NCBI GenBank assembly: GCA_963784255.1
Contig: CAWAQO010000009.1
Location: 346,545 to 410,544, forward strand
Source of the DNA: an uncultured Acidimicrobiia bacterium
GTDB lineage: Bacteria; Actinomycetota; Acidimicrobiia; Acidimicrobiales; Ilumatobacteraceae
Length of the DNA: 64,000 nucleotides
Direction of reading: 5' to 3'
Below the pieces are notes generated by a model, which worked only from the letters and a program-made list of their open reading frames with translations, had not been told where the DNA came from and made no database searches. Positions 27,861 through 37,061 of the stretch are shown piece by piece (within the stretch, counting starts at the first letter, position 1; each line of letters begins with the position of its first letter). The translations under genes were made by a program, and so were the position numbers.

Positions 27861-29042
27861 GTGCACCGTCACCGTGTCAACGACTTCGCCCGCCTCGCAT
27901 CACGTCACGTGGCGTCGGTGTCGCCCATCGTGGGTAGTCGACGGAGGTTGAACGCACGCCATGACTCCCTGGCCGACGTCGGCGCCGTCGTCCGCCGGAC
28001 GCTGGCCGCACGAACCCGCGACCAGCACCTCGTCGAGGACCTGACCCAGGAGACCCTGGCCAGGCTGGCCGACAGGGAAGACCGTCTGTCGGCCGACGCC
28101 GAGCGGGCGTACGCCGTCGTGATCGCCCGCAACCTGCTGGCATCGCACTTCCGTGGCCAGTCCGTCCGAGGTCGCCACCTCCACAAGCTCGTCGAGCACG
28201 GGCGACCCGACGACCCCGCCCAGGTGATGGTCGACAAGGAGGAGAGCGACGCGCTCACCTCCGCGTTGTCGCAACTCCCGACGGCCGAGCGCGACCTCCT
28301 CATGCGTCACGAGGTCAGCGGGACGGACCTCGCCACCCTCGCCGGCGAGGCCGAGGTCAGCAGCGGGGCGATCGCCATGCGGCTGGCCCGAGCTCGGGCC
28401 AACCTGCGGCTGGAGTTCCTGCTCGCCTTCCGCCGGACGGACCTGCCCACCGACCAGTGCCGGCCCGTGCTGCTGGCCCTGGCCGTCGGCGACCGGCGCC
28501 GCCAGGCCCAGCTCGACGCCGACGAACACGTGCGCACCTGCCCGGTCTGCGCCGAGCTGATCGGTCCGATGACCCGGCGGGACCGGCGCATCGCCGGCTG
28601 GCTGCTCATCCCGATCGCCGAGGGGCTGCGCCGGGTGTGGCGCGCCCTGCGCGCCCATCCGGTGAGCGCGGCGTCGGCGGCCTTGATCGTCGCCACCACC
28701 GGCACCCTGTTCGTCGCCGCACGCTCGCCGGACGAGACCGTCGCGCCGGCCACGGTCGTCACGGCCGCGGACACGGCGCCGGGTCCCGCGGCGGTGCCCT
28801 CGGCGTCCACACAGGTGGCCGCGCCGCCGGCCACCGTGCCCGCCTCCACGGCACCCCCGGTCGCCAGCACGCCGGCGCCGGCGGTGCCACCACCGGCCCC
28901 ACCACCCGCGCCGGAGCCCCCGTCGACGGTGGCCCCCGCCACCGAGGCGGACCCGCCGTGCCCGCCGCCCGCACCGCTCGACCAGCTCGATCTCGCCGAC
29001 GCGCGTCGGGCTGCCCGTTCGCGCTGTCGGTCGTCACGGTGA
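27861..29042 (+). CDS. ECF-type sigma factor fused in one ORF to a zf-HC2 anti-sigma-like segment, TM helix and Pro-rich region; the 3' end probably continues to about 29220 through frame breaks
   Basis: Sigma region 2 is VEDLTQETLARL and region 4 is LPTAERDLLMRHEVSGTDLATLAGEAEVSSGAIAMRLARARANL. These are followed by C...HVRTCPVC, the TM helix AASAALIVATTGTLFVAA, and a Pro-rich stretch. Coding bias then moves to another frame at about 29005 (GCPFALSVVTVTALSGDGFEAVTS...) and back at about 29140. The true start is uncertain (27861-27950). Confidence 0.7.
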   Translation: MHRHRVNDFARLASRHVASVSPIVGSRRRLNARHDSLADVGAVVRRTLAARTRDQHLVEDLTQETLARLADREDRLSADAERAYAVVIARNLLASHFRGQSVRGRHLHKLVEHGRPDDPAQVMVDKEESDALTSALSQLPTAERDLLMRHEVSGTDLATLAGEAEVSSGAIAMRLARARANLRLEFLLAFRRTDLPTDQCRPVLLALAVGDRRRQAQLDADEHVRTCPVCAELIGPMTRRDRRIAGWLLIPIAEGLRRVWRALRAHPVSAASAALIVATTGTLFVAARSPDETVAPATVVTAADTAPGPAAVPSASTQVAAPPATVPASTAPPVASTPAPAVPPPAPPPAPEPPSTVAPATEADPPCPPPAPLDQLDLADARRAARSRCRSSR

Positions 29043-29228
29043 CGGCGTTGTCCGGCGACGGCTTCGAGGCCGTCACGAGCGCCCAGCGCCCCGTGTCGGT
29101 CGACGCCGGGGGCGGGATCGACCTGCCGGTCGCGCTCGGCGCCGGGGTTGCGCGTCGCCATCGCCGGGACGGTCACGTCGGAGTCAGGCGTGACGGCCGC
29201 CGACGTGCAGCCTCGCCGGCTGATCCGG

Positions 29229-30221
29229 TCAGCGCGGCTCGGTGGACACCCCCTGGCGGACCTCCTCGGCGGTCGGGCCCAGCGTGTCGGCGGCGACGGC
29301 GCGGCGCGCGCCCATCGGCTGCTGACGGCCGACGGTCGTGTCGCGGCGCGTCTGCCGCTCGAGCTCGGCGTTGAGCTCGGCGCCGATCAGCACGGCGAGG
29401 GCGCTGATCCACAGCCAGAGCATCACGACCACCACCGCGCCGAGCGAGCCGTACGTCTCGTTGTACTGGCCGAAGTTCGCCGTGTACACGGCGAAGAGGG
29501 CGGAGCCGGCCAGCCACAGCAGCGTCGCCAGCAGCGCGCCGGGCGAGACCCACTTCCACTTCGGGGCGTCGCGGTCGGGCCCATAGCGGTACAGCACGCT
29601 GAGGGCCAGCATCATCGCCACCAGCAGCAACACCCAGCGGACGATCCCGACCAGCAGACGGGCCGCCTCGCCCAGGCCGGTATCGGCGAGCACCGACGGC
29701 AGCACGGCGATGAGGACGAACGAGCCGACCAGGAACACGATGGCCCCGATCGTGAAGGCCAGTGAGAGGCCGCGGACCTTGACGAACCCCCGCGTCTCGT
29801 CCTCGTCGTAGGCGGTGTTGATGCCGGCGATCAGGTTGGCCACGCCGCTGGACGCGCTCCACAGCGCGACGACCACGCTGATCACGAGCGTCAACGTCAG
29901 CGCCCTCCCCGCGTCCTCGGTGATCGATTGCAGCTGCTGGGCGATGACGTCGCGGACCTCGGTCGGCGCGGCGCCGAGCACGTCCTCGACCTGGCGCTCG
30001 ACGTCGGCCGGATCGGCGACGAGGCCGTAGACGGACACCAACGCGATGAGGCCGGGGACGAGCGCCAGGAGCGCGAAGAAGGCGACGCCCCCGGCGAGCA
30101 GCGTGATGTTGTCCTTCTTGGCCTCGACCTTGACCCGCACCAGCACGTCCTTCCAGCCCCGTGCGGGCACGTCGGTGGGTCGTTCGGCCAGCCGTCCGTG
30201 GTCGTCGTCGTCGTCGCGCAT
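29229..30221 (-). CDS. YihY/BrkB (virulence factor BrkB) family membrane protein
   Basis: ORF 29229..30221 has ...GWKDVLVRVKVEAKKDNITLLAGGVAFFALLALVP..., a YihY hallmark, and is polytopic. Confidence 0.88.
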   Translation of the reverse strand: MRDDDDDHGRLAERPTDVPARGWKDVLVRVKVEAKKDNITLLAGGVAFFALLALVPGLIALVSVYGLVADPADVERQVEDVLGAAPTEVRDVIAQQLQSITEDAGRALTLTLVISVVVALWSASSGVANLIAGINTAYDEDETRGFVKVRGLSLAFTIGAIVFLVGSFVLIAVLPSVLADTGLGEAARLLVGIVRWVLLLVAMMLALSVLYRYGPDRDAPKWKWVSPGALLATLLWLAGSALFAVYTANFGQYNETYGSLGAVVVVMLWLWISALAVLIGAELNAELERQTRRDTTVGRQQPMGARRAVAADTLGPTAEEVRQGVSTEPR

Positions 30222-30267
30222 GCGCCGTCTCTACCCGTCCGCGCCGCTGTGACACCCCCGTCGTACA

Positions 30268-31098
30268 GTGGACGACGTGTTCGAGGTGCCCACCAGCCTG
30301 TCGCCGAGCCGGGTCGAGGCGTTCACGGCGTGCCCGCTGGCGTTCCGCTTCGCCAGCATCGAGAAGCTCCCCGAGCGCCCGTCGGTCCACACCACCCGCG
30401 GCTCGCTGGTCCACCGCGCCCTCGAGCTGGCCTACACGCACCCGCCGGCGACGCGCACGGCCGAGCGCTTCCACCAGTGCCTGGCCGTCGCACGGGACGA
30501 GTTCCGCCTGCTGCCCGAGTTCGCCGGCCTCGGGCTGTCCGAGGCGCAGGTCGCCGAGTTCGACGAGGACTGCCGCACGCTCGTCGACACCTACCTCACG
30601 ATGGAGGATCCACGCGCGATCAGCCCGATCGGACTGGAGCTGCGCCTGAGCGCCGACGTCGGTTCGCTGACCCTGCGCGGGATCATCGACCGCCTCGAGC
30701 TGCGCGACGGCGGACTGGTCGTCACCGACTACAAGACCGGCCGCGCCCCGTCGACCAACTGGGAGCAGCGCAGCCTCGCCGGGGTCCACTTCTACTCGTT
30801 CCTGTGCGAGCAGGTGTTCGGCCAGCGGCCGGTCGCCATCCGGCTGCTGTACCTGCGCAGCGGCGAGACCATCGAGGCGGTGCCGTCGGCGCAGTCGGTG
30901 CGCTTCATCACGACGCGCACCACCGCCGTGTGGCAGGCGGTCGAGCGGGCCTGCGTCACCGGGGACTTCCGGTCGCGGCCGAGCGGCCTGTGCGCCTCGT
31001 GCAGCTTCCAGCAGTGGTGCCCCAGCTTCGGCGGCGATCCCGAGCGGGCGGCCGCCGAGGCGCCATTGGCGATGGAACCGGTGCTGGTCGCCTCGTGA
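30268..31098 (+). CDS. PD-(D/E)XK (RecB/Cas4-like) nuclease family protein with C-terminal Cys cluster
   Basis: ORF 30268..31098 has an N-terminal C (FTACPLAFRF), ...GIIDRLEL...VVTDYKTG... and a C-terminal CASCSFQQWC. Confidence 0.82.
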   Translation: MDDVFEVPTSLSPSRVEAFTACPLAFRFASIEKLPERPSVHTTRGSLVHRALELAYTHPPATRTAERFHQCLAVARDEFRLLPEFAGLGLSEAQVAEFDEDCRTLVDTYLTMEDPRAISPIGLELRLSADVGSLTLRGIIDRLELRDGGLVVTDYKTGRAPSTNWEQRSLAGVHFYSFLCEQVFGQRPVAIRLLYLRSGETIEAVPSAQSVRFITTRTTAVWQAVERACVTGDFRSRPSGLCASCSFQQWCPSFGGDPERAAAEAPLAMEPVLVAS

Positions 31099-31643
31099 CA
31101 CCGGCCGTCGCGGCCGGGCCCATCGAACGCTTCGACCGCTGGGCCGACCAGGCCCTCGAACGGATCCGCGGCAACCAGGTCGCCGACACCGTGTTCACCA
31201 CGGCGACCGAGCTCGGCGACTTCAGCCTCGTCTGGCACCTCGTCAACACGGCCCGCGGGCTCACCAGCGACCGACGGGCCGGCCAGGTGCCGGTGCTGGC
31301 GATCGCCCTCGGTGTCGAGAGCCTCGTCGTCAACCAGGGCCTCAAGCGGTTGACCAAGCGACGCCGGCCGACCGAGCAGGGGGATCCCCGGTACCCCGTG
31401 CGGCGACCACTGACGTCGTCGTTCCCCTCCGGCCATGCCAGCGCGGCGGCCTTCTCGGCCGTCGTGCTCACGGCGTGGGACGGGCGGCGATGGGCGCCGG
31501 TGTGGTGGAGCCTGGCGACGGTCGTCGCCGTCAGCCGCGCCTACGTGCGCATCCACCACCCGTCCGACGTCGTCGCCGGGATGGCCACGGGCGCCGTGCT
31601 CGGCACGGTCGCCACGCGCGTGATCCGCCGGCTGGGAATGTGA
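31095..31643 (+). CDS. PAP2 family phosphatase
   Basis: GTG 31095 overlaps the upstream stop. It has the motifs KRLTKRRRP, PSGHAS and SRAYVRIHHPSD. Confidence 0.88.
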   Translation: MTPAVAAGPIERFDRWADQALERIRGNQVADTVFTTATELGDFSLVWHLVNTARGLTSDRRAGQVPVLAIALGVESLVVNQGLKRLTKRRRPTEQGDPRYPVRRPLTSSFPSGHASAAAFSAVVLTAWDGRRWAPVWWSLATVVAVSRAYVRIHHPSDVVAGMATGAVLGTVATRVIRRLGM

Positions 31644-31669
31644 TTGCCGTGGCCAAGGTTGACGGAGGC

Positions 31670-32266
31670 ATGACGAAGACGTTCGCGCTCAGTTACGACT
31701 ACCGGTGCCCTTACGCCCGCATCGCCCACGAACACGTGCTGACGGGCCTCGGCGCCGGAGCCGACTGGGACGTGCTGTTCGTCCCCTTCTCGCTGGGCCA
31801 GGCCCACGTCCAGGAGGGTGAGCCGTCGGTGTGGGAGCGCCCCGAGAGCGACAGCGGCCTGCTCGCCCTGCAGGCATCGGTCGCCGTCCGCGACACGCAG
31901 CCCGAGCACTTCCTCGACGTCCACCACGCGCTGTTCGAGCACCGTCACGCGGCCGGCGGCCAGCTGCGCACCCGCGAGGACCTCACGCCGGTGCTCGCCT
32001 CGACCGGGGTCGATGTGGATGCCGTGTGGACCGAGGTCGACTCCGGTCGCCCGCTGGCCACGGTGGAGAAGGAGCACACGTCGTACGTCGACTCGCACAC
32101 GATGTGGGGCGTGCCGACCTTCGTCATCGGTGACGCCGCCGTGTTCGTCCGCCTGCTCGCCCTCCCCGAGGACGGCCCGGCGGCGATCACCACGGTCGAG
32201 CGTGTCCTCGACAACGTGGCGTGGCCGCTGCTCAACGAGTTCAAGCACACGTCGATCCCGCGCTGA
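31670..32266 (+). CDS. DsbA-family thioredoxin-fold protein
   Basis: ATG 31670 follows GGAGG. The protein starts MTKTFALSYDYRCPYARIAHE and contains ...MWGVPTFVIGD.... Confidence 0.8.
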   Translation: MTKTFALSYDYRCPYARIAHEHVLTGLGAGADWDVLFVPFSLGQAHVQEGEPSVWERPESDSGLLALQASVAVRDTQPEHFLDVHHALFEHRHAAGGQLRTREDLTPVLASTGVDVDAVWTEVDSGRPLATVEKEHTSYVDSHTMWGVPTFVIGDAAVFVRLLALPEDGPAAITTVERVLDNVAWPLLNEFKHTSIPR

Positions 32267-32313
32267 CCGGAGGGCCCGTCGCCCCGTCGACGGCGGTGTG
32301 GGAGGATCGGGCC

Positions 32314-33696
32314 GTGGCCGACCCCCGCAGGATGAGCGACGCCGAGGGGCTGATGTGGCGCCTCGAGAAGGATCCGTACCTCTCGTCGACGTTCGCCACG
32401 CTGTCCATCCTCGACCGGCCGCCGGACTTCGACCGGCTCCGGGCGCGGATGGAGCGCGCGCTGTGGAACGTGCCCCGCCTGCGATGGCGCGTCCAGCCGG
32501 CGCCCGTCAACCTGTCGGCGCCACTGTGGGTCGACGATCCCGACTTCGACTTCGACCAGCACGTCCGCCGGATCGCCCTGGCCAAGCCGGGCTCGTTCCG
32601 CCAGATGCTCGACCTGGCGACGCTCCTGACGCTCGATCCGTTCGAGCGCACCCGGCCGCTGTGGCAGTTCGTCGTCATCGAGGGGCTGCGCGGTGGCAAG
32701 GCGGCGCTGCTGGCGAAGATGCACCACACGATCACGGACGGCGAGGGCGGCGTGCGGATGTCGCTGCAGTACCTCGACTTCGAGCGCGACGCCCCCGACC
32801 CGGAGCCGGTCGACCCGACGGAGCGCGAGGACGCCGAGCCGCCACCACCGCCACCGTCGACGCTCGACACCGTCCGCGACCTGCTGGTCGGCGGGTTCCG
32901 GCTGCCGATCGGCGTGGTCCGCCAGGTGCGCGAGCTGCTCGCCGACCCGCTGGCCATCCCGGCCGCCGGCACGGCCACCTTCGACACCATCCGGGGCGTC
33001 GTCTCGCAGCTCTCCGACGTCGAGAAGGCCCACTCGCCGCTGTGGACCGAACGGTCGCTGCGCCGCCGGATGGAGACGGTGCGGGCGCCGTTCACGGAGA
33101 CCCGCGACGCCGCCAGGCGACTCGGCGGCACGCTGAACACGGCCTTCCTCACCGCAGCGGCCGAGGCCGCCGGCCGCTACCACACGGAGCTCGGCGCGCC
33201 CGTCGAGGCCCTGCGGGCGTCGATGGCGATCAGCACCCGCACCGAATCCTCCGGCGCCAACGCCTTCTCGCTGAGCCGCATGATGGTGCCGACCGGTGAG
33301 ATGCCGATCGCCGAACGGTTCCAGGCGATCCAGGCGATCGCCGAGCGGGCGCGCGAGGAGAGCAGCGGCGGCGGGGCCTCACTGGAGACGCTGGCCGCGG
33401 TGGCCGCCGCCCTGCCGACGTCGTTGGTGACGCGCCTCGCCCGGCAGCAGGCGCAGACCGTCGATTTCGCCACGTCCAACGTGCGTGGGTCACCGGTGCC
33501 GCTGTACATCGCCGGGGCCCAGCTGCTGGAGAACTACCCGATGGGCCCGCTCGCCGGCGTCGCCTTCAACCTCACGCTGCTGTCGTACCTGGGCAGCCTC
33601 GACATGGGTGTGAACACCGACGCCGCGGCGGTCGCCGATCCCGAGCGCCTCGCCAAGCTGCTCGAGCGCTCGTTCCGCGATCTGGCGAAGGTCTGA
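32314..33696 (+). CDS. WS/DGAT wax-ester synthase/diacylglycerol acyltransferase
   Basis: ORF 32221..33696 has the catalytic HHTITDGEGG and ...NVRGSPVPLYIAGA.... GTG 32314 follows GGAGGA, with ATG 32332 as an alternative start. Confidence 0.9.
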   Translation: MADPRRMSDAEGLMWRLEKDPYLSSTFATLSILDRPPDFDRLRARMERALWNVPRLRWRVQPAPVNLSAPLWVDDPDFDFDQHVRRIALAKPGSFRQMLDLATLLTLDPFERTRPLWQFVVIEGLRGGKAALLAKMHHTITDGEGGVRMSLQYLDFERDAPDPEPVDPTEREDAEPPPPPPSTLDTVRDLLVGGFRLPIGVVRQVRELLADPLAIPAAGTATFDTIRGVVSQLSDVEKAHSPLWTERSLRRRMETVRAPFTETRDAARRLGGTLNTAFLTAAAEAAGRYHTELGAPVEALRASMAISTRTESSGANAFSLSRMMVPTGEMPIAERFQAIQAIAERAREESSGGGASLETLAAVAAALPTSLVTRLARQQAQTVDFATSNVRGSPVPLYIAGAQLLENYPMGPLAGVAFNLTLLSYLGSLDMGVNTDAAAVADPERLAKLLERSFRDLAKV

Positions 33697-33714
33697 CGGA
33701 GGGCGCGGCCGGCG

Positions 33715-33891
33715 TCAGACCTGCTCGGGCTCGGGCGCCGAGGTCAGCGCCGTGCGCACGTCGAGCAGGAGGTCGGCCACCTCGTTGGACGACACGAGCT
33801 CGCGGCGCATCATCTGGCTCAGCGCCTGATCGATCACGGTGAGCGCCTCCGCGATCACCGCCTCGTGCGTTCGTTCGAGCTGGTCCGTCAT
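33715..33891 (-). CDS. Hypothetical small protein
   Basis: ORF 33715..33900 with ATG 33891 (MTDQLERTHEAV...). Bias is coding-like and no family was recognised. Confidence 0.4.
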   Translation of the reverse strand: MTDQLERTHEAVIAEALTVIDQALSQMMRRELVSSNEVADLLLDVRTALTSAPEPEQV

Positions 33892-33953
33892 CCGTCTCAA
33901 CGGTATCCGCCGACGGACGGTCGCGTGCGGTGGTTCCCCTACGATCCGCGGCG

Positions 33954-34734
33954 ATGGACCTCCACGACCGCCATGTCGTCGTCACCGGCGCCGCCCGGGG
34001 CATCGGTGCTGCCCTCGCCCGCCGCTTCCACGCCGCCGGGGCCCGCGTGGTCGTGGCCGACCGCGACAGCGTGGCGAACGTCGCCGACGAGCTGGAGCGA
34101 GCCGTCGAGGTGATCGCCGACATCTCCACCGAGGCCGGCAACGTGGCGCTGATCGAGCGGGCCGAGGACGCGTTCGGCCCGATCGACCTCTTCTTCGCCA
34201 ACGCCGGCGTGGTCGGCGGCAGCGACCTCGACACGCCCGAGGACGCCTGGCAGCACACCTTCGACGTCAACGTCAACGCCCACCGCTGGGCGGCCAAGCA
34301 CCTCGTGCCCGGCTGGCTCGCCCGCGGCGAGGGCTACTTCTGTTCGACGGCCTCGGCGGCCGGGCTGCTCGCCCAGATCGGCTCGGCGCCGTACTCGGTC
34401 ACCAAGCACGCCGCCGTGGCCTTCGCCGAGTGGCTCTCGATCACATACGGCGACCGCGGGCGTGCGGGTGAGCTGCCTCTGCCCGCAGGGCGTCAACACC
34501 GCGATGCTCCGTGGTGGCGACGACCTCGGCGGGGGCGGCGACGTGGTCCGCTCCGCTGGCGCGGTGCTCGAGCCCGAGCAGGTGGCCGACGTGGTGGCCG
34601 ACGCCATCGCCGAGGAGCGCTTCCTGATCCTGCCCCATCCCGAGGTCCGCGACTTCATGCGTCGCCGCGCCGACGACACCGACCGCTGGTTGGCCGGGAT
34701 GCGCAAGCTCCAGGCGCGGGTGCTCGGGACCTGA
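33954..34734 (+). pseudogene. SDR family oxidoreductase, frameshifted
   Basis: ATG 33954 opens MDLHDRHVVVTGAARGIGAAL (TGxxxGIG), and the catalytic YSVTKHA is present. After ...ITYGDRG (about 34459) the sequence continues in ORF 34462..34734 as VRVSCLCPQGVNTAM.... Confidence 0.9.
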
Positions 34735-34757
34735 CGGATCCTGCGTCCACCTCCAGC

Positions 34758-35009
34758 GTGGTGCGGGGCCTGGCCCTCGTCGCGGGCGCCGTGCTGCAGG
34801 CGGGCGCCGGCATGCTCGTCGCCGTCAGCGGGCTGATCATGCCGTTCTGGGCCGTCGGCGTGCTCGCCGTGGTCTGGGCCGTCGGCGTCGCCGTCCAGAT
34901 CCGGCATCGCCACCGGCCGTTGGTGGTGCTCGCCGTCCCGTTCGTGGTCGCCGCCATCTGGTTGCTCACGGGCACGCTCGGCGAGGCGTTCCTCGACTGG
35001 ACCGCCTGA
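34758..35009 (+). CDS. Small membrane protein
   Basis: GTG 34758 in the frame of ORF 33930..35009. Three hydrophobic helices are present (LALVAGAVLQAGAGMLVAV..., AVGVLAVVWAVGVAV..., VVLAVPFVVAAIWLL). Confidence 0.5.
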   Translation: MVRGLALVAGAVLQAGAGMLVAVSGLIMPFWAVGVLAVVWAVGVAVQIRHRHRPLVVLAVPFVVAAIWLLTGTLGEAFLDWTA

Positions 35010-35045
35010 CGGAGGCGTTCCGGACGTGCGGTACCGTCGGGGCCG

Positions 35046-37061
35046 ATGACCGGAGCCGATGATCCAAACGCCAGCGCCCACCGCGACATCGCCACCCGGC
35101 TGCTCGACGGACGCACGTCGGCGGGAGCGCCCGTCGTCTCACCGGACGGACGGCACATCGCCTTCGTGGTCGCCACCATCGAACTGGCCAAGAACGCCAC
35201 CACCAGCCGCATCTGGCTCGCCGGGCCCGACGGTCCCCCCGGGCCCGTCACCAACGGCCCCCATGACGGGGGTCCCGTGTGGTCACCCGACGGACGGCAC
35301 CTCGCCTTCGGCTCGCGCCGCGGCGAGAAGGAGCACGAGTCGACGGTCCACGTGCTGCCCGTGGGCGGGCCGGGCGAGGTGCGGACGGTGGCGACGATGC
35401 CCGACGGGCTCGGCGACCTGGCCTGGTCGCCCGACGGCCGCTGGCTGGCCTTCACCAGCCGCACGAGGGACGCCCGCTACGAGGCCAAGGACGAGCGCTG
35501 GCAGCCGCCGCGCCGGATCGAGCAGTTCTTCGCCCGCCTCGACAACGAGGGCTGGGTGTTCGACCGCCCCCGGCACGTCTACGTCGCGGCCGCCGACGGC
35601 ACGACGCCGCCGCGCAACCTGACGCCGGGCCCGTACCAGCACACCGGGGTCAGCTGGCTGGCCGACTCCTCGGGCGTCGTCACGGCGGGCCCCGGCCACG
35701 ACGGCTGGGACCGCGACCTCTGCGAGGACGTCTACGTGGTGCCGCTCGACGGGCCCAAGCGGGCGCTGACGAAGCAGACGGGGGTGTACGGGTTCCCGTC
35801 GGTCTCCCCCGACGGCTCGGCCGTCGCCTTCATCGGCTTCGACGACCCGCTCACGTTCCCGCAGAACAGCAAGGTCGGCGTCGTCCCGCTCGGCGGCGGC
35901 CAGCACCGGTGGATCTCCTCCGACCTCGACCGCAGCTTCATGCCGAGCGGCGGTGTCCGCCAGCCGGTGTGGCTCGACGACGAGACCCTGATCGCCACGG
36001 CCGAGGACCGCGGCGACACCCACCTGTTCCGGCTGCGCGCCGACGGCGGCGAGCCGCCGGTCGCCCTCACGTCCGGTCGCCTCGCGGTGTCCGGGTACCA
36101 CGCGGCCGGCGGGCGCATCGCGATGGCGCAGGCCACCGTCGAGCACCCGGCCGAGATCGTCACGCTCGACGGCCCGGTCACGTCGGTCACCACCGCCTTC
36201 CGCGGCTGGGAGAAGTTCACCGTCCCGACCACGGACGGGACGGCGGAGATCGACGCGTGGATCATGCGTCCCGAGGGCTTCGAGGCTCGCCGCCGCTACC
36301 CCGTCCTGCTCAACGTCCACGGCGGTCCGTTCACCCAGTACGGCGAGACGTTCTTCGACGAGGCCCAGATGCAGGCGGCCGCCGGTTTCGTCGTGCTGAT
36401 GAGCAACCCGCGCGGCGGCAGTGGCCGCGAGACGTCGTGGGGCCAGGCGATCATGGGTCCTGTCCACCCGACCGTGCCCGGCCCCGGTTGGGGCACGGTC
36501 GACGTCGACGACGTGATGGCCGTGCTCGACGGCGCGCTGGCCCGCTACCGGTTCTGCGACCCCGACCGGGTCGGGATGCTCGGCGGCAGCTACGGCGGGT
36601 ACATGGCGACGCAGCTGGCCGGGCGGTTCAGCGACCGCTTCCGGGCCATCTGCAGCGAGCGGGCCGTCAACAACCTGATCTCCGAGGAGTGGTCGAGCGA
36701 CATCGCCACCGCCTTCCGCAGCGAGCACGGCGCCAACCACCTCGAGGACCCCGAGCTGTACGCGTCGATGTCGCCGATCCGCTACGTCGCCGACATCGAC
36801 GTGCCGATGCTGCTGCTGCACTCGGAGAACGACTTCCGGTGCCCGATCAGCCAGGCCGAGGAGCTGTTCGTCGCGCTCCGCCTGCTCGGCAAGGACGTGA
36901 CGTTCTACCGCTTCCCCGGCGAGGGCCACGAGCTGTCGCGCTCCGGCTCACCCGTGCACCGGCGGATGCGCGCCGAGATCGTCCTCGACTGGTTCACGGA
37001 GCGCCTCGCGCCGCGCCGCCGCCGGCCGGCCGCCAAGGGTCGCGTCAGCCGCCCGCGTTGA
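35046..37061 (+). CDS. S9 family (prolyl oligopeptidase/acylaminoacyl-peptidase) serine peptidase
   Basis: ORF 35046..37061 has beta-propeller repeats (SPDGRHIAF, SPDGRHLAF, SPDGRWLAF, SPDGSAVAF), the nucleophile GGSYGGY, and the C-terminal ...GEGHEL. Confidence 0.92.
   Translation: MTGADDPNASAHRDIATRLLDGRTSAGAPVVSPDGRHIAFVVATIELAKNATTSRIWLAGPDGPPGPVTNGPHDGGPVWSPDGRHLAFGSRRGEKEHESTVHVLPVGGPGEVRTVATMPDGLGDLAWSPDGRWLAFTSRTRDARYEAKDERWQPPRRIEQFFARLDNEGWVFDRPRHVYVAAADGTTPPRNLTPGPYQHTGVSWLADSSGVVTAGPGHDGWDRDLCEDVYVVPLDGPKRALTKQTGVYGFPSVSPDGSAVAFIGFDDPLTFPQNSKVGVVPLGGGQHRWISSDLDRSFMPSGGVRQPVWLDDETLIATAEDRGDTHLFRLRADGGEPPVALTSGRLAVSGYHAAGGRIAMAQATVEHPAEIVTLDGPVTSVTTAFRGWEKFTVPTTDGTAEIDAWIMRPEGFEARRRYPVLLNVHGGPFTQYGETFFDEAQMQAAAGFVVLMSNPRGGSGRETSWGQAIMGPVHPTVPGPGWGTVDVDDVMAVLDGALARYRFCDPDRVGMLGGSYGGYMATQLAGRFSDRFRAICSERAVNNLISEEWSSDIATAFRSEHGANHLEDPELYASMSPIRYVADIDVPMLLLHSENDFRCPISQAEELFVALRLLGKDVTFYRFPGEGHELSRSGSPVHRRMRAEIVLDWFTERLAPRRRRPAAKGRVSRPR

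Noticed and set aside
27819-27950. ECF-type -35/-10 promoter motifs between the secreted-protein gene and the sigma gene.
   Set aside because: Only loose matches were found: a TTGACA and an AAC...CGTC pair with a spacer of about 21 nt. The spacing does not fit known ECF promoters, so no promoter is called.
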